A stretch of 58,658 nt of DNA, from the NCBI GenBank assembly GCA_026196035.1, contig JAPHQX010000041.1, positions 1 to 58,658 on the forward strand, written 5' to 3'. The notes under the pieces were generated by a model. That model was given only the letters and a program-made list of their open reading frames with translations, was not told where the DNA came from and made no database searches. Below, piece by piece: positions 1 through 10,569 of this stretch (the stretch's first letter is position 1; each line of letters begins with the position of its first letter). The stretch is from Gammaproteobacteria bacterium. Its GTDB lineage: Bacteria; Pseudomonadota; Gammaproteobacteria; SZUA-229. Made by a program: the position numbers and the translations under genes.

Positions 1-1
1 C

Positions 2-328
2 AGCCTGGTAACAGGTACTGTAAGAGAAGTGGATGCTAAAGGCGCTATCATCGACCTGGGCGATGGCATAGAAGGTACTTTGCGTGCTTCTGAACTATCT
101 CGTGATCGTGTAGAAGATGCGCGTACAGTTCTGAAAGAAGGTGAAGAGATTGAAGCCAAGTTCCTGGGTGTGGATCGCAAGAGCCGCATGATTAACCTTT
201 CAATCAAGGCAAAAGACGCTGAAGAAGAGCAAAATGCTATAAAAGATTACTCTAGCTCAACAAATGCGCCTTCTGCGACCCTTGGAGACTTGCTGAAAGA
301 GCAAATGGATGCTAATAAAGATAGTTAA
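2..328 (+). CDS. rpsA: 30S ribosomal protein S1, C-terminal part (truncated by window start)
   Basis: Frame is open from position 2 ([15 protein letters not shown]...). S1 repeat and typical tail [11 protein letters not shown]; lies upstream of ihfB as usual. Confidence 0.96.
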   Translation, partial: SLVTGTVREVDAKGAIIDLGDGIEGTLRASELSRDRVEDARTVLKEGEEIEAKFLGVDRKSRMINLSIKAKDAEEEQNAIKDYSSSTNAPSATLGDLLKEQMDANKDS

Positions 329-398
329 ATAGTTAATAAATAAGAAATAACTGGTCAGGGACGACCTCTAAATAACAAAATTGATACGGGGATTTGAG

Positions 399-728
399 AT
401 GACAGAAGATTCAGCAATGAAATCAATGATGAAGTCTGAGCTTATTGAGCTGATGGCTCGTAAGCAGAATCATCTGGCATATAAGGACGTAGAACTCGCG
501 GTAAAAAGCCTTCTTGAGCAGATGAGTCATGCCCTGGCAGGCGGAGAACGTATCGAGATCCGTGGTTTTGGTAGCTTCAGTCTTCATTTTCGACCTCCTA
601 GAGCAGGCCGTAACCCTAAGACGGGTGATTCCGTATCATTACCGGGTAAATATGTCCCACATTTTAAGCCAGGCAAAGAGCTTAGAGAAAGGGTCAATGA
701 ATCTATAAAAAATCAGGCAGCTGAATAA
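399..728 (+). CDS. ihfB: Integration host factor beta subunit
   Basis: KSELIE...[10 protein letters not shown]...GRNPKTG...[13 protein letters not shown]. Start at ATG 399 chosen (GGGA upstream); later ATGs are possible. Confidence 0.96.
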   Translation: MTEDSAMKSMMKSELIELMARKQNHLAYKDVELAVKSLLEQMSHALAGGERIEIRGFGSFSLHFRPPRAGRNPKTGDSVSLPGKYVPHFKPGKELRERVNESIKNQAAE

Positions 729-760
729 ATAAAAGCTGTTGAGAATTGCCCGTGGAGGGC

Positions 761-1051
761 ATGATGATTCGTATTGTCTCACTGCTGGTCGCTATTCCTG
801 TCGTCATTATCGTTGCGACATTTGCCTATCGTAATGCACAACTTGTCTCTATAGACTTATTCACTTCCAGATTCGATTTTCCTCTGGCAGGTATTCTTCT
901 GATTACCCTGTTTCTGGGTATTTTGACTGGCTTCCTGCTAAATGTTGTTGTTTTGCTCAGGCAGAAAAATAAAATACGCCAGCTTAATAAGCAAAGACAG
1001 GAAATGAGTAGTTTATCTGAAGTCTTAAAAACGGATCATAACAGGCTTTAA
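761..1051 (+). CDS. lapA: Lipopolysaccharide assembly protein A
   Basis: Two hydrophobic segments and a basic coiled tail; lies between ihfB and lapB; GGAGG before ATG 761. Confidence 0.85.
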   Translation: MMIRIVSLLVAIPVVIIVATFAYRNAQLVSIDLFTSRFDFPLAGILLITLFLGILTGFLLNVVVLLRQKNKIRQLNKQRQEMSSLSEVLKTDHNRL

Positions 1052-2200
1052 ATGGAAAGCTTTATACAATGGCACTGGGTTGTATTAATACTGCTTGGAT
1101 TTATCCTCGGCTGGTTATTAGCAAAGCGTAGAAATAAAAAAACTCGACGTCAATTACGCTTTTCCTCTGACTATTTTCAGGGTTTAAATTACCTGCTTAA
1201 TGATGAGCAGGATAAGGCTATTGAAGTATTTCTGCAGTTGGTAGAGAGTGACTGGCAAACCATTGATACTCATTTGACGCTGGGCAGTATTTTTCGCCGC
1301 AAAGGTGAAATTGATAAAGCAATTAAATTACATCAGAGTCTATTAGCGCGCCCCTCTTTGCCTTCGGAATATAAGGTTAGAGTGCTTCTTGAACTGGGTC
1401 GAGACTATCAGCTAGCAGGCTGGCTAGATAGAGCAGAGGGCCTTTTTAATGAGGTGCTTAAAGATAGTGACTATACAGAAGAGGCACTCACTCATTTGAT
1501 GGATATTTATCAGCAGGAGCATGAGTGGGAGGAGGCCATAACGGTTGCTAAACGATATCAACGTGCAGCTAAGAATAATTTAAAAACTGTTATCGCTCAA
1601 TTTTATTGTGAACTAAGTGATCAGGAATATTCAAAAGGTGATTTAAAGGAATCTGAGGCACTGGCGGTACAGGGTCTGTCAATGGATGAAAATTGTGTTC
1701 GTGCTTCGATTATTCTAGGTAAGTTAGCTATACAGCGTGGACGTTATAAGAAAGCTATTCGATTTTTTAAGCAGGTAGAATTCCAGGATGTTGTATATTT
1801 ACCTCTGGTTGTTATTCATCTCATCGAGTGTTATAAAAATCAGTCAAATTTAAGGTCATTAATTTCATATCTTCGTTCGCTTGATGAAAAGTACGATTGT
1901 GTTTCTTTAACGCCTGTTATCGTTGATTTAATTAATGAAGTATATGATACATCATCTGCAATTGAGTATCTGTCTGTGCAAATGAAATTGAAGCCATCTC
2001 TTGATGGAATTCAAAAAATGCTGGAAATTAACTTATCCAGTATCGATGTTCAGGAAAATTATATTAAAGAGGTTATTGATCAGCTAATGCTGGATCAATC
2101 AGGTTATCAGTGTTCAAAATGTGGTTATACGGCAAAGACACTTTACTGGTTATGTCCAAGTTGTCATACATGGAGTGGCATGAAACCCCGGCATCAATAA
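1052..2200 (+). CDS. lapB: Lipopolysaccharide assembly protein B
   Basis: N-terminal TM, YFQGLNYLL, TPR-like repeats, C-terminal CSKCG...WLCPSC rubredoxin-like site. Confidence 0.95.
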   Translation: MESFIQWHWVVLILLGFILGWLLAKRRNKKTRRQLRFSSDYFQGLNYLLNDEQDKAIEVFLQLVESDWQTIDTHLTLGSIFRRKGEIDKAIKLHQSLLARPSLPSEYKVRVLLELGRDYQLAGWLDRAEGLFNEVLKDSDYTEEALTHLMDIYQQEHEWEEAITVAKRYQRAAKNNLKTVIAQFYCELSDQEYSKGDLKESEALAVQGLSMDENCVRASIILGKLAIQRGRYKKAIRFFKQVEFQDVVYLPLVVIHLIECYKNQSNLRSLISYLRSLDEKYDCVSLTPVIVDLINEVYDTSSAIEYLSVQMKLKPSLDGIQKMLEINLSSIDVQENYIKEVIDQLMLDQSGYQCSKCGYTAKTLYWLCPSCHTWSGMKPRHQ

Positions 2201-2215
2201 GTTTAGAGAGATTTA

Positions 2216-2914
2216 ATGATAGATTCAAAAATAATTGTAGCGCTTGATTTCTCAGAAAAAAAAGAGGCACTGGATTTAATTTCAAAAATCGATCCAGCAT
2301 TATGTCGTTTGAAAGTGGGTAAAGAAATGTTTACTCATTATGGCCCTGCATTCATAGAAGAAATTCACAACAGGGGGTTTGAGGTTTTTCTTGATCTTAA
2401 GTATCACGATATTCCTAATACGGTTGCACGAACCTGTGAAGTTGCTGCCGATCTTGGTATCTGGATGCTAAATGTTCATTCTCAAGGTGGTCGGCGTATG
2501 ATGGAAGCAGCACTGGATGCTCTGGCTATAAGAAATCATCGTCCATTATTAATTGCGGTTACAGTTTTAACCAGTATGTCATCTAATGACCTTATGGATA
2601 TTGGCGTTAGTCAGTCGCCTGCCGATTATGCCTTACAGCTTGCAGGGTTAGCAAAAGATGCGGGGCTTGATGGGATTGTCTGCTCAGCACAGGAGGCTGT
2701 GACAATGAAGAAAAATCTGGGGCAGGATTTTCTTCTGGTGACACCGGGTATTCGTCCTGCAGGAAGTGCAGTAGATGATCAAAGACGAATTATGACGCCT
2801 TTAGAAGCGATCTCAGCGGGATCAGACTATCTGGTTATTGGCCGCCCCATAACCCAGAGCATTGACCCTGTTAGTGTTTTACGTACAATAAATTCAGAAA
2901 TTTCCCCATTGTAA
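2216..2914 (+). CDS. pyrF: Orotidine-5'-phosphate decarboxylase
   Basis: [23 protein letters not shown] and VIGRPIT motifs. Confidence 0.97.
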   Translation: MIDSKIIVALDFSEKKEALDLISKIDPALCRLKVGKEMFTHYGPAFIEEIHNRGFEVFLDLKYHDIPNTVARTCEVAADLGIWMLNVHSQGGRRMMEAALDALAIRNHRPLLIAVTVLTSMSSNDLMDIGVSQSPADYALQLAGLAKDAGLDGIVCSAQEAVTMKKNLGQDFLLVTPGIRPAGSAVDDQRRIMTPLEAISAGSDYLVIGRPITQSIDPVSVLRTINSEISPL

Positions 2915-2971
2915 ATTATCTTCTGAGTTATTATCTTATGATCTCTTTTAAACCAGGGAGAGGGTATTGAG

Positions 2972-3241
2972 ATGAAAATCATTAAATTAATGTTAATGGG
3001 TATGATGTTGTTATTATCTGCGGCAACTTATGCTGGCTCAGTTGATATCAACAAGGCGGATGCAGAAACACTGTCAGAGCTTTCTGGAATAGGAGGCAAG
3101 AAAGCTCAGGCAATAGTAGATTATCGAAATGCTAATGGAGATTTCACTTCTGTCGATGATCTAACTAAGGTTAAGGGGATAAGTGTTAAGACAATAGAAA
3201 AAAATCGAGATAAAATTATTGTCAGTAAGATTAAGTCATAA
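2972..3241 (+). CDS. comEA: ComEA-family helix-hairpin-helix DNA-binding protein (secreted)
   Basis: Signal peptide, then VDINKAD...LSGIGGKKAQAIVDYR...LTKVKGI. Confidence 0.9.
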   Translation: MKIIKLMLMGMMLLLSAATYAGSVDINKADAETLSELSGIGGKKAQAIVDYRNANGDFTSVDDLTKVKGISVKTIEKNRDKIIVSKIKS

Positions 3242-3267
3242 ATTTATTTCAATATAGCAATAAATTT

Positions 3268-3295
3268 AAGCCTCGTAAATTACGAGGCTTTTTTT
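3268..3295 (+). terminator. Rho-independent terminator after comEA
   Basis: AAGCCTCGTA-AAT-TACGAGGCTT followed by a T run. Confidence 0.9.
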
Positions 3296-3335
3296 ATGTA
3301 TAATAATCTATACAAAAAATATTGAGGTAAGACTT

Positions 3336-3992
3336 GTGGATGTCGGTTTCTGGAAACAAAGATGGAAAGACAGGCAGACAGGTTTTCATCTGGCGGCTGT
3401 AAATCCATATTTAATTAGCTGCTGGGATTTTCTTTCTATTAATCAGCAAGCAACTGTATTTGTTCCATTATGCGGTAAATCACTTGATATCATCTGGCTG
3501 GCTAGTCTCGGACTCAATGTAATAGGAGTTGAATGCAGTAAGATTGCGATACAGGCATTTTTTGATGAAAACCAGTTAAATTATCAACAGGCTAAATATA
3601 ATAATTTTACGGCTTACACTAGTGATAATATTCGTTTGCTTCAAGGTGATTATTTTTCATTAGTTAGTGAAGTAATACAGGAAGTATCAGTGGTCTATGA
3701 TCGAGCATCTCTTGTCGCGATGCCAGTCGATATGCGTAAAAGATATGTCGATAAACAAAATGAAATACTACCTGAATCAGTAAAGATATTACTAGTTACA
3801 CTGGAGTATGATCAGTTACTGATGAATGGGCCGCCTTTCTCTGTTTCTCAGAATGAGATAATGAATCTATATCAGAATAGATATAATGTGAAACAACTAT
3901 TGTCTAATAATATTCTTGATGCGGAACCACGCTTTAAGCAGCGAGGACTTGATTATCTAAACGAGTCAGTTTATCTATTGGAGCCTAAATAG
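3336..3992 (+). CDS. tpm: Thiopurine S-methyltransferase family (Se/Te methylation type)
   Basis: FWKQRW...GFH, VFVPLCGKSLD, YDRASLVA, GPPFSV. Confidence 0.92.
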   Translation: MDVGFWKQRWKDRQTGFHLAAVNPYLISCWDFLSINQQATVFVPLCGKSLDIIWLASLGLNVIGVECSKIAIQAFFDENQLNYQQAKYNNFTAYTSDNIRLLQGDYFSLVSEVIQEVSVVYDRASLVAMPVDMRKRYVDKQNEILPESVKILLVTLEYDQLLMNGPPFSVSQNEIMNLYQNRYNVKQLLSNNILDAEPRFKQRGLDYLNESVYLLEPK

Positions 3993-4013
3993 TCGTTATA
4001 TCAGGTTTTTCTA

Positions 4014-6407
4014 TCAAAAGTTTCTGACTGTTGAGATATTACTAGCCTTCCGCATTTTTGCATATTCACATAATTTTTTCATAAGCCTGTCATTTAAACT
4101 GTCTTTCTCAAAATTCCCGTCAATCAGTTCTTCACCTGCTGGCAGGTCTGTCAATACTTCGAGTGCTTGCTCGTAGTGATTAACGGGATAGATATGAAAT
4201 TGTTTACTTTCGATAGCGTCGATAACATCTTTTCTTAGTAGAAGATTCATAACATTAACCTGAGGGATGATGCAGCCCTGGTTTCCCGTTAAACCTCTCT
4301 GTTTACAGATATCAAAGAAACCTTCAATTTTTTCATTTACACCACCTATAGCCTGAACGTAGCCTTGTTGATTTAGAGAGCCTGTTACAGCAAATGACTG
4401 TTTTAAGGGTATGTTGGTTAGTGCTGAAATAAGAACGCATAGTTCAGCTAATGAGGCACTATCACCATCGATACGTCCATAAGACTGTTCGAATGCGATA
4501 CTGGCGGAAAAGGATAATGGGGTATCTTTGGTATAGCGATTGGCCAGTAGGGCTGAAAGAATTAAAACACCTTTATCATGTATCGATCCACTCAAGTCAA
4601 CTTCCCGTTCGATGTTTATAATCGACCCATCGCCGAGATGTACTGATGCGGTGATTCTGGATGGTTGTCCAAAGCTGTATTTGCCGACTTCATAAACGGA
4701 AAGGCCATTGATTAAACCAACAGCTTCTCCATCAGTATCGATAAGTAAAGTGCCTCTCTGAATGTCTTTCTGTATAAGTTTCTGTATTCGTTCGGTGCGC
4801 TCAATTTGTGCATCAATTGCGAGTTGAACATCATCGTATGTTATGTGTTGATGATCTGATTGCATGGCCCAGTATTGAGTTTCAATTAATAAATCATCAA
4901 TTGTTCTCAGGCGTGTAGAGAGGATTTCTGAATTATTTGCTATGCGAGAACTAAATTCTATTAGCCTGGCTACTGCACCTGCTTCAAGATCTCGTAAATT
5001 ATGTTTTCGTGCTCTTGATGCAATGAGTCTTGCGTATAACAGGATGTTTTCATCCTGTCTTGGCATTTCTTCATCAAAATCAGCTTCAACTTTAAATAGT
5101 TCCGCAAAATCAGGGTCCATTTCATGAAGCATATAATAAGTAATACGATTACCGAGTAATATAACTTTAATTCGTAGTGGGATGGGTTCTGGTTCAAGTG
5201 TAATGGTGGTGTCTGTATTCAAAACCTGATCTAGTGATTCAATTTTAACTTTCTTTGCATAAAGCGATCGTTTTAAAGCATCCCAGGCATGGGGTATGCT
5301 GAGAATCTTATGTGCATCAATAACCAGGTAGCCGCCATTTGCATCAAGCAGGGCGCCAGATTTAACTAGTGTAAAATTAGTTGAAGGGCCAGTAGATCGA
5401 TTTTCATATTCGATACGACCAATTAAATTATGATAAGTTGGGTTATCAAGATATATAACAGGTGAACCATTCTTCTTGCTGCTATCAACAATGAGATTTA
5501 CCTGGTAACGTATTAATGCATTACTTTTTGTTGTTGAATCTGATGAGGATTCTTCATCTTCAGATTCAACAAAAAATTCGAGATGATCAAGCACATCTTC
5601 CTGAGTTGCTTTTAAGTAATTAACAACATGTTTAAAAGCTTTATAACGTCGTTTAACATCTTTAATGAGATTGTTTGTTGCAAATAAAACAACTTTCCGA
5701 TTAAGCTTCTTGAGTTTTATATTATGTTCTCGTCTCTGTCTTGATATCTCTGGAACAAGGTAATCAAGCTCATCCTGAAAACTTTCTATTTTACTATCAA
5801 TAATGTCTTTTTCGTCATCGGGTAGATTTTCATATTCTTCTTCCGATAACTCAATGCCGTTTTTCATTGGCATTAACATGAAACCTGACGGTGTTTGAGT
5901 GAGAGCGATATTCTGGCTCTCGGCTCTTTCAACGTGCTTATCAATTAAAGAGGCCTGCTTTTTTGCAAAGATTTTTTCTATCTGTTGTACCTGATCCTGG
6001 TATTCTGATGCTTCAAATGCAGCATTGATGGCCTTACCGATGTCTTCGACCAGGTTTTTCATGTCTTTTTTAAATAACTTGCCCTGTCCAGCGGGTAATT
6101 TGAGTGCATAGGGTTTGTAATCCTGTTCGTAATTACGGACATAGCACCAGTCCGCGGGGACATCTTCAGCTGCTGATTTTTGTGCCAGATATTTACGTAT
6201 AATGCCATGTTTGCCCAGACCTGATGGTCCCATGACATAAAGGTTATAGCCTCTATGATGAACGCCTATGCCAAATTCAACAGCTTTAAGTGCCCGTTCC
6301 TGTCCAACGATACCCGGTGGATCTTCTAACTCTGCAGTGGTGTCAAAGGGGAGTGACTCTGCCGTACAGGCGGGTCGTAGCTGATTAGCGGTAAGTGATT
6401 TAATCAT
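4014..6407 (-). CDS. Lon-like ATP-dependent protease (AAA domain plus Lon C-terminal S16 domain)
   Basis: GQERA, Walker A-like GPSGLGKH, DWCYV, ANGGYL, catalytic DGDSAS and EKIEGF. Confidence 0.9.
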   Translation of the reverse strand: MIKSLTANQLRPACTAESLPFDTTAELEDPPGIVGQERALKAVEFGIGVHHRGYNLYVMGPSGLGKHGIIRKYLAQKSAAEDVPADWCYVRNYEQDYKPYALKLPAGQGKLFKKDMKNLVEDIGKAINAAFEASEYQDQVQQIEKIFAKKQASLIDKHVERAESQNIALTQTPSGFMLMPMKNGIELSEEEYENLPDDEKDIIDSKIESFQDELDYLVPEISRQRREHNIKLKKLNRKVVLFATNNLIKDVKRRYKAFKHVVNYLKATQEDVLDHLEFFVESEDEESSSDSTTKSNALIRYQVNLIVDSSKKNGSPVIYLDNPTYHNLIGRIEYENRSTGPSTNFTLVKSGALLDANGGYLVIDAHKILSIPHAWDALKRSLYAKKVKIESLDQVLNTDTTITLEPEPIPLRIKVILLGNRITYYMLHEMDPDFAELFKVEADFDEEMPRQDENILLYARLIASRARKHNLRDLEAGAVARLIEFSSRIANNSEILSTRLRTIDDLLIETQYWAMQSDHQHITYDDVQLAIDAQIERTERIQKLIQKDIQRGTLLIDTDGEAVGLINGLSVYEVGKYSFGQPSRITASVHLGDGSIINIEREVDLSGSIHDKGVLILSALLANRYTKDTPLSFSASIAFEQSYGRIDGDSASLAELCVLISALTNIPLKQSFAVTGSLNQQGYVQAIGGVNEKIEGFFDICKQRGLTGNQGCIIPQVNVMNLLLRKDVIDAIESKQFHIYPVNHYEQALEVLTDLPAGEELIDGNFEKDSLNDRLMKKLCEYAKMRKASNISTVRNF

Positions 6408-6509
6408 TGTAAATTTTGGTTTTTATAATCTGTTGAATAATGTTATTTTGGCACAAAATGTAAGCCTCAAGTACAATTCATATCAAAATAAATTAAATTG
6501 GATCATTCT

Positions 6510-9443
6510 ATGACCGCAGTTGCGTTACAACCCCATAATACACACCCATCATTTGAATGGCTAAGAAGTGAGCCTGTTGAATCATTAAATCTCGTAGTGG
6601 AAGAGTACAGGCACATTAAAACCGGTGCTTTACATTATCATCTTGCTGCAGATTTTTCAGAAAACGTATTCCTTGTGGCTTTACGTACGGTGCCCATAGA
6701 CTCTAAAGGCGTTGCGCACATCCTTGAACATACTGCTTTGTGTGGTAGTCAGCATTATCCGGTTCGTGATCCTTTTTTTATGATGATACGACGTTCTCTC
6801 AATACCTTTATGAATGCGTTTACCAGTAGTGACTGGACAGCTTATCCTTTCGCAAGCCAGAATCGTAAGGATTTTAATAACTTGATGGATGTGTATCTGG
6901 ATGCTGTTTTTTTCTCTACCCTGGACGAACTCGATTTTGCCCAGGAAGGTCATAGATATGAGTTTGAAACCCCGGATGATGCCTCTACCAATCTGGTATA
7001 TAAGGGTGTTGTTTTTAATGAGATGAAAGGTGCTATGAGCTCGTCTGTGAGCACACTGTGGCAGACATTGACTGAGCATCTCTATCCAACTACGACTTAT
7101 CATTACAACAGTGGTGGTGACCCTGAAGATATTCCTGATTTAAGTTATGCTGAGCTAATAGCTTTCTATAAAAAACATTACCACCCCTCTAATGCTGTGT
7201 TCATGACTTTTGGCGATATCCCGGCCTATGAACACCAGCAGAAATTCGAAGACAGAGCATTATCTCAATTCACAAAACTGGATGAAGAGATCCAGGTTGA
7301 AAAAGAACAACGTTATACTGAGCCTAAACGTGTAGAAGATAGTTATGCTTCAGATGAAGAAGATACCAGTGAAAAAACACATATTGTCCTGGCCTGGTTG
7401 CTGGGAGAAAGCTCGTCCTTATTAGATATGTTACGCGCTCATCTTATGTCCAGTGTGCTTCTGGATAACAGTGCGTCACCTTTGCGTTATCAACTGGAAA
7501 GAACTGATTTAGGTACTGCACCTTCACCTATGTGTGGGCTGGAAGATTCCAATCGTGAAATGAGCTTTATGTGTGGGGTGGAAGGGTCAAACCCGGAAAA
7601 TACAATCGCTGTTGAAGAGCTGGTAATAAATACCTTGCAGGATGTTGTTGAAAAAGGCGTTCCACAGGAACGTGTAGAAGCTGTATTACATCAACTGGAA
7701 TTAGGGCAGCGAGAAATAGGCGGTGATGGTTATCCCTTTGGTCTACAGCTTATTTTGAATGGTCTGCCCGCCGCTATTCATCGTGGTGACCCTGTTGCCG
7801 TATTAAATCTGGATCCTGTGCTTGAACAGTTAAGAGAAGATATACAGAACCCTGATTTTATAAAAAATCTGGTCAGAACCCATCTTCTGGATAATCAGCA
7901 TAGACTCACTTTAACAATGAAGCCAGATAAGCAGCTCAGTCAGAAACGTGAAAAGGCAGAAGCGGATAAACTGGCGGTTATTAAACAACAGCTAAGCCCG
8001 GAAGAAACTCAAAATATTATAGAAATAGCAGCGAAACTACTTGAAAGGCAAAATACTGAAGATGATCCTGATGTTCTGCCTAAAGTAGGGCTGCAGGATA
8101 TTCCTGCTGAATTACATGTGCCTGAAGGTTCAATTAATGAAATAAATGGGCTACCTGTAAATTATTATGAACAGGGTACTAATGGTTTAATTTACCAGCA
8201 AGTTATCATTAACCTGCCTCAGCTGGATAATGACTTGCTGGATGTACTGCCATATTACACTTATTGCCTCACTGAACTGGGTTGTGCGGATAATGATTAT
8301 CTAAGTATGCAGGACTGGCAATCAAAAGTGAGTGGAGGTGTTAACGCCTATACCTCAACCCGAGGTCAGATTGATAATGTACAGTCAATTAGTGGTCATT
8401 TTGTCTTATCGGCGAAAGCACTGGCCAGAAATCATCAGGAGTTAAATAAACTGATGCAGCAAACACTCGAGGCTGTGCGCTTTGATGAATACGAACGTAT
8501 ACGCGAGTTAATAGCGCAGAAAAGAGCCAGTAGAGAGCAGAGCATAACAGGGCATGGTCATAGCCTCGCCATGACAGCGGCCTGTAGTGGCATGAGTCCT
8601 GGCTCAGCCCTGTCGCATCGACTGGATGGTTTAGCGGGTATTGAATACATTAAACAGCTTGATGATGATATTAATCAGCAGTCCAGCCTTATAAACCTGG
8701 CCGAAAAGTTTCAGGCTATTCACTCTAAAGTATTAAGTTCGGCGAGACAGTATTTATTGATTGCTGAAGAAGATCTAAAAAATCAGCTAGAAGACGATAT
8801 TGCTAATATCTGGCCTGTTATCGAGCAGGTCAAGAGTAAAGACTTTACATTGCCGGAAATTAACAAACAGATTAAGCAGGCATGGATTACCAGTACACAG
8901 GTTAATTTTTGTGCAAAAGCTTATCAAACTGTTCCGGTTGAGCACGATGATGCACCGGCATTAGCTGTACTGGGCGGTTTTTTGCGTAATGGTTTTCTGC
9001 ATAGGGTCATTCGAGAACAGGGTGGTGCTTATGGTGGTGGTGCTAGTCATGATTCAGCCAATGCCTGTTTTAGATTTTATTCCTATCGTGACCCAAGATT
9101 TATAGATACCTTCAATGATTTTGATCGATCGATTGACTGGTTGTTAACGGCTGATCATGAATATCGTCAGCTTGAAGAAGCTATACTCGGAGTTATTAGT
9201 AGTATGGATAAACCGGGTTCACCGGCCGGTGAAGCCAAACAGGCATTCCATAATAATCTTTATGGACGTAGTAAAGAGCAGAGGCAGAGATTCAGACAAA
9301 AAGTTATTAATGTCACAATTGATGACCTTAAGCGTGTAGGCGAAACCTATTTGCAGTCAGAAAAAGCCAGTATTGCGGTTGTTACTAATAAAAATCATGA
9401 AAAAGATGCAGATCAAATGGGAATGGACATTAACAGGCTTTAA
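6510..9443 (+). CDS. Insulinase-family (M16C, presequence protease-like) zinc metallopeptidase
   Basis: Inverted zinc motif HILEH, RDPFF, NAFT, GVVFNEMKG, IREQGGAYG, SYRDP. Confidence 0.93.
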   Translation: MTAVALQPHNTHPSFEWLRSEPVESLNLVVEEYRHIKTGALHYHLAADFSENVFLVALRTVPIDSKGVAHILEHTALCGSQHYPVRDPFFMMIRRSLNTFMNAFTSSDWTAYPFASQNRKDFNNLMDVYLDAVFFSTLDELDFAQEGHRYEFETPDDASTNLVYKGVVFNEMKGAMSSSVSTLWQTLTEHLYPTTTYHYNSGGDPEDIPDLSYAELIAFYKKHYHPSNAVFMTFGDIPAYEHQQKFEDRALSQFTKLDEEIQVEKEQRYTEPKRVEDSYASDEEDTSEKTHIVLAWLLGESSSLLDMLRAHLMSSVLLDNSASPLRYQLERTDLGTAPSPMCGLEDSNREMSFMCGVEGSNPENTIAVEELVINTLQDVVEKGVPQERVEAVLHQLELGQREIGGDGYPFGLQLILNGLPAAIHRGDPVAVLNLDPVLEQLREDIQNPDFIKNLVRTHLLDNQHRLTLTMKPDKQLSQKREKAEADKLAVIKQQLSPEETQNIIEIAAKLLERQNTEDDPDVLPKVGLQDIPAELHVPEGSINEINGLPVNYYEQGTNGLIYQQVIINLPQLDNDLLDVLPYYTYCLTELGCADNDYLSMQDWQSKVSGGVNAYTSTRGQIDNVQSISGHFVLSAKALARNHQELNKLMQQTLEAVRFDEYERIRELIAQKRASREQSITGHGHSLAMTAACSGMSPGSALSHRLDGLAGIEYIKQLDDDINQQSSLINLAEKFQAIHSKVLSSARQYLLIAEEDLKNQLEDDIANIWPVIEQVKSKDFTLPEINKQIKQAWITSTQVNFCAKAYQTVPVEHDDAPALAVLGGFLRNGFLHRVIREQGGAYGGGASHDSANACFRFYSYRDPRFIDTFNDFDRSIDWLLTADHEYRQLEEAILGVISSMDKPGSPAGEAKQAFHNNLYGRSKEQRQRFRQKVINVTIDDLKRVGETYLQSEKASIAVVTNKNHEKDADQMGMDINRL

Positions 9444-9540
9444 CTCATCAATCGCTTTCAAGGATGAAAGCATCATTAATTTTCAGCAGTATTCTATTTC
9501 TTATCTATAATTGCTAAATGTAAAAAATATTTCAATACTG

Positions 9541-9648
9541 TGTCGAAAGTCTTTACATAAATCGATTTAATATGTTTTGTGTAAATGGCACATAGTTTGT
9601 AACTCACTGATTAATAAGGGTTAAAATATTTCTGGTATGGATTATGCC
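9541..9648 (+). promoter_or_regulatory. Putative sigma54 promoter with IHF site and enhancer-like dyad
   Basis: TGT-N11-ACA at 9541-9557; IHF-like AATCAG-TGAG-TTA on the minus strand at about 9600-9612; TGGTATGGATTATGC at 9633-9647 with GG-N10-GC spacing. Confidence 0.55.
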
Positions 9649-9710
9649 TAATATATTATTCAGTAATATCTGTTAATTAAATGTGTATAAAATTTTACAC
9701 TTATTAAATT

Positions 9711-10007
9711 ATGTCTGGGGCAGATATTTATATATTGTTGTTGATATTTGAATTGCGGATCTCATATGCGCAATCCCTCAAGGATAAGAGGCGAGTTATA
9801 AAAGGCTTAAAAGATCGCTTATCCAGTCGTTTTAATATTTCAATAGCCGAACTGGGTGAGCTTGATAACTGGAATCAATCGATTTTAGGTGTTGTATTAA
9901 TTGCTAATGACAGAAAGTATCTTGACGGACAGGCAAGCCTTATTGAATCAATGATACTGGAAGTTAGAAATATTGAGTTAATTACAGTTTCGAAGGAGTG
10001 GTTGTAA
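9711..10007 (+). CDS. DUF503 (YlxP-like) protein
   Basis: SLKDKRRVIKGLKDRL..RFNISIAE...D.W...LG signature. Confidence 0.88.
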   Translation: MSGADIYILLLIFELRISYAQSLKDKRRVIKGLKDRLSSRFNISIAELGELDNWNQSILGVVLIANDRKYLDGQASLIESMILEVRNIELITVSKEWL

Positions 10008-10054
10008 TAATAGGATAAAAATAATAAAAAAATTATTATAAGGCTTCAAATAAA

Positions 10055-10564
10055 ATGATTAAAAAACTATTACTTGTTAGACACGCATCCTCTGATTATG
10101 CAGAACTGGGTTTAAAAGATATAGACCGTACCTTGAATGAAACTGGAATTCAGCAGGCTCATTCGATGGCGAATTATGTGAAGGATAAAGGTGTATGCCC
10201 TGATCTTCTTATTGTTAGCCCTGCTGTACGCACACGAAAAACAGCCTTATTCTTTGTTGATTCTTTTGGTATAGGTGAAAATAAAATTAACCTGGTTGAT
10301 GATGTCTATGAAGCAGAACCAGAAACACTGCTGGAAATAATTAGAAATGTAAGTAATGAGATTGAGACATTAATGCTGGTTGGGCACAATCCTTCTATTG
10401 CATTGTTGTCCAGTTATCTCTCTAATGAAATTATTGAGCAGGTACCTACCTGTGGTATTGTTGATTTAATATTTGATCTTGATGACTGGGCAGGGATTTC
10501 CAGGGGGAGTGGTGAACTTATTAGTCTACAATCGCCTGAAACAGTATTAAGTCAGGGAATGTAG
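10055..10564 (+). CDS. sixA: SixA-like phosphohistidine phosphatase
   Basis: LLLVRHA, D.DR.L, SPAVRT, LVGHNP histidine-phosphatase motifs. Confidence 0.88.
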   Translation: MIKKLLLVRHASSDYAELGLKDIDRTLNETGIQQAHSMANYVKDKGVCPDLLIVSPAVRTRKTALFFVDSFGIGENKINLVDDVYEAEPETLLEIIRNVSNEIETLMLVGHNPSIALLSSYLSNEIIEQVPTCGIVDLIFDLDDWAGISRGSGELISLQSPETVLSQGM

Positions 10565-10569
10565 CAGAA

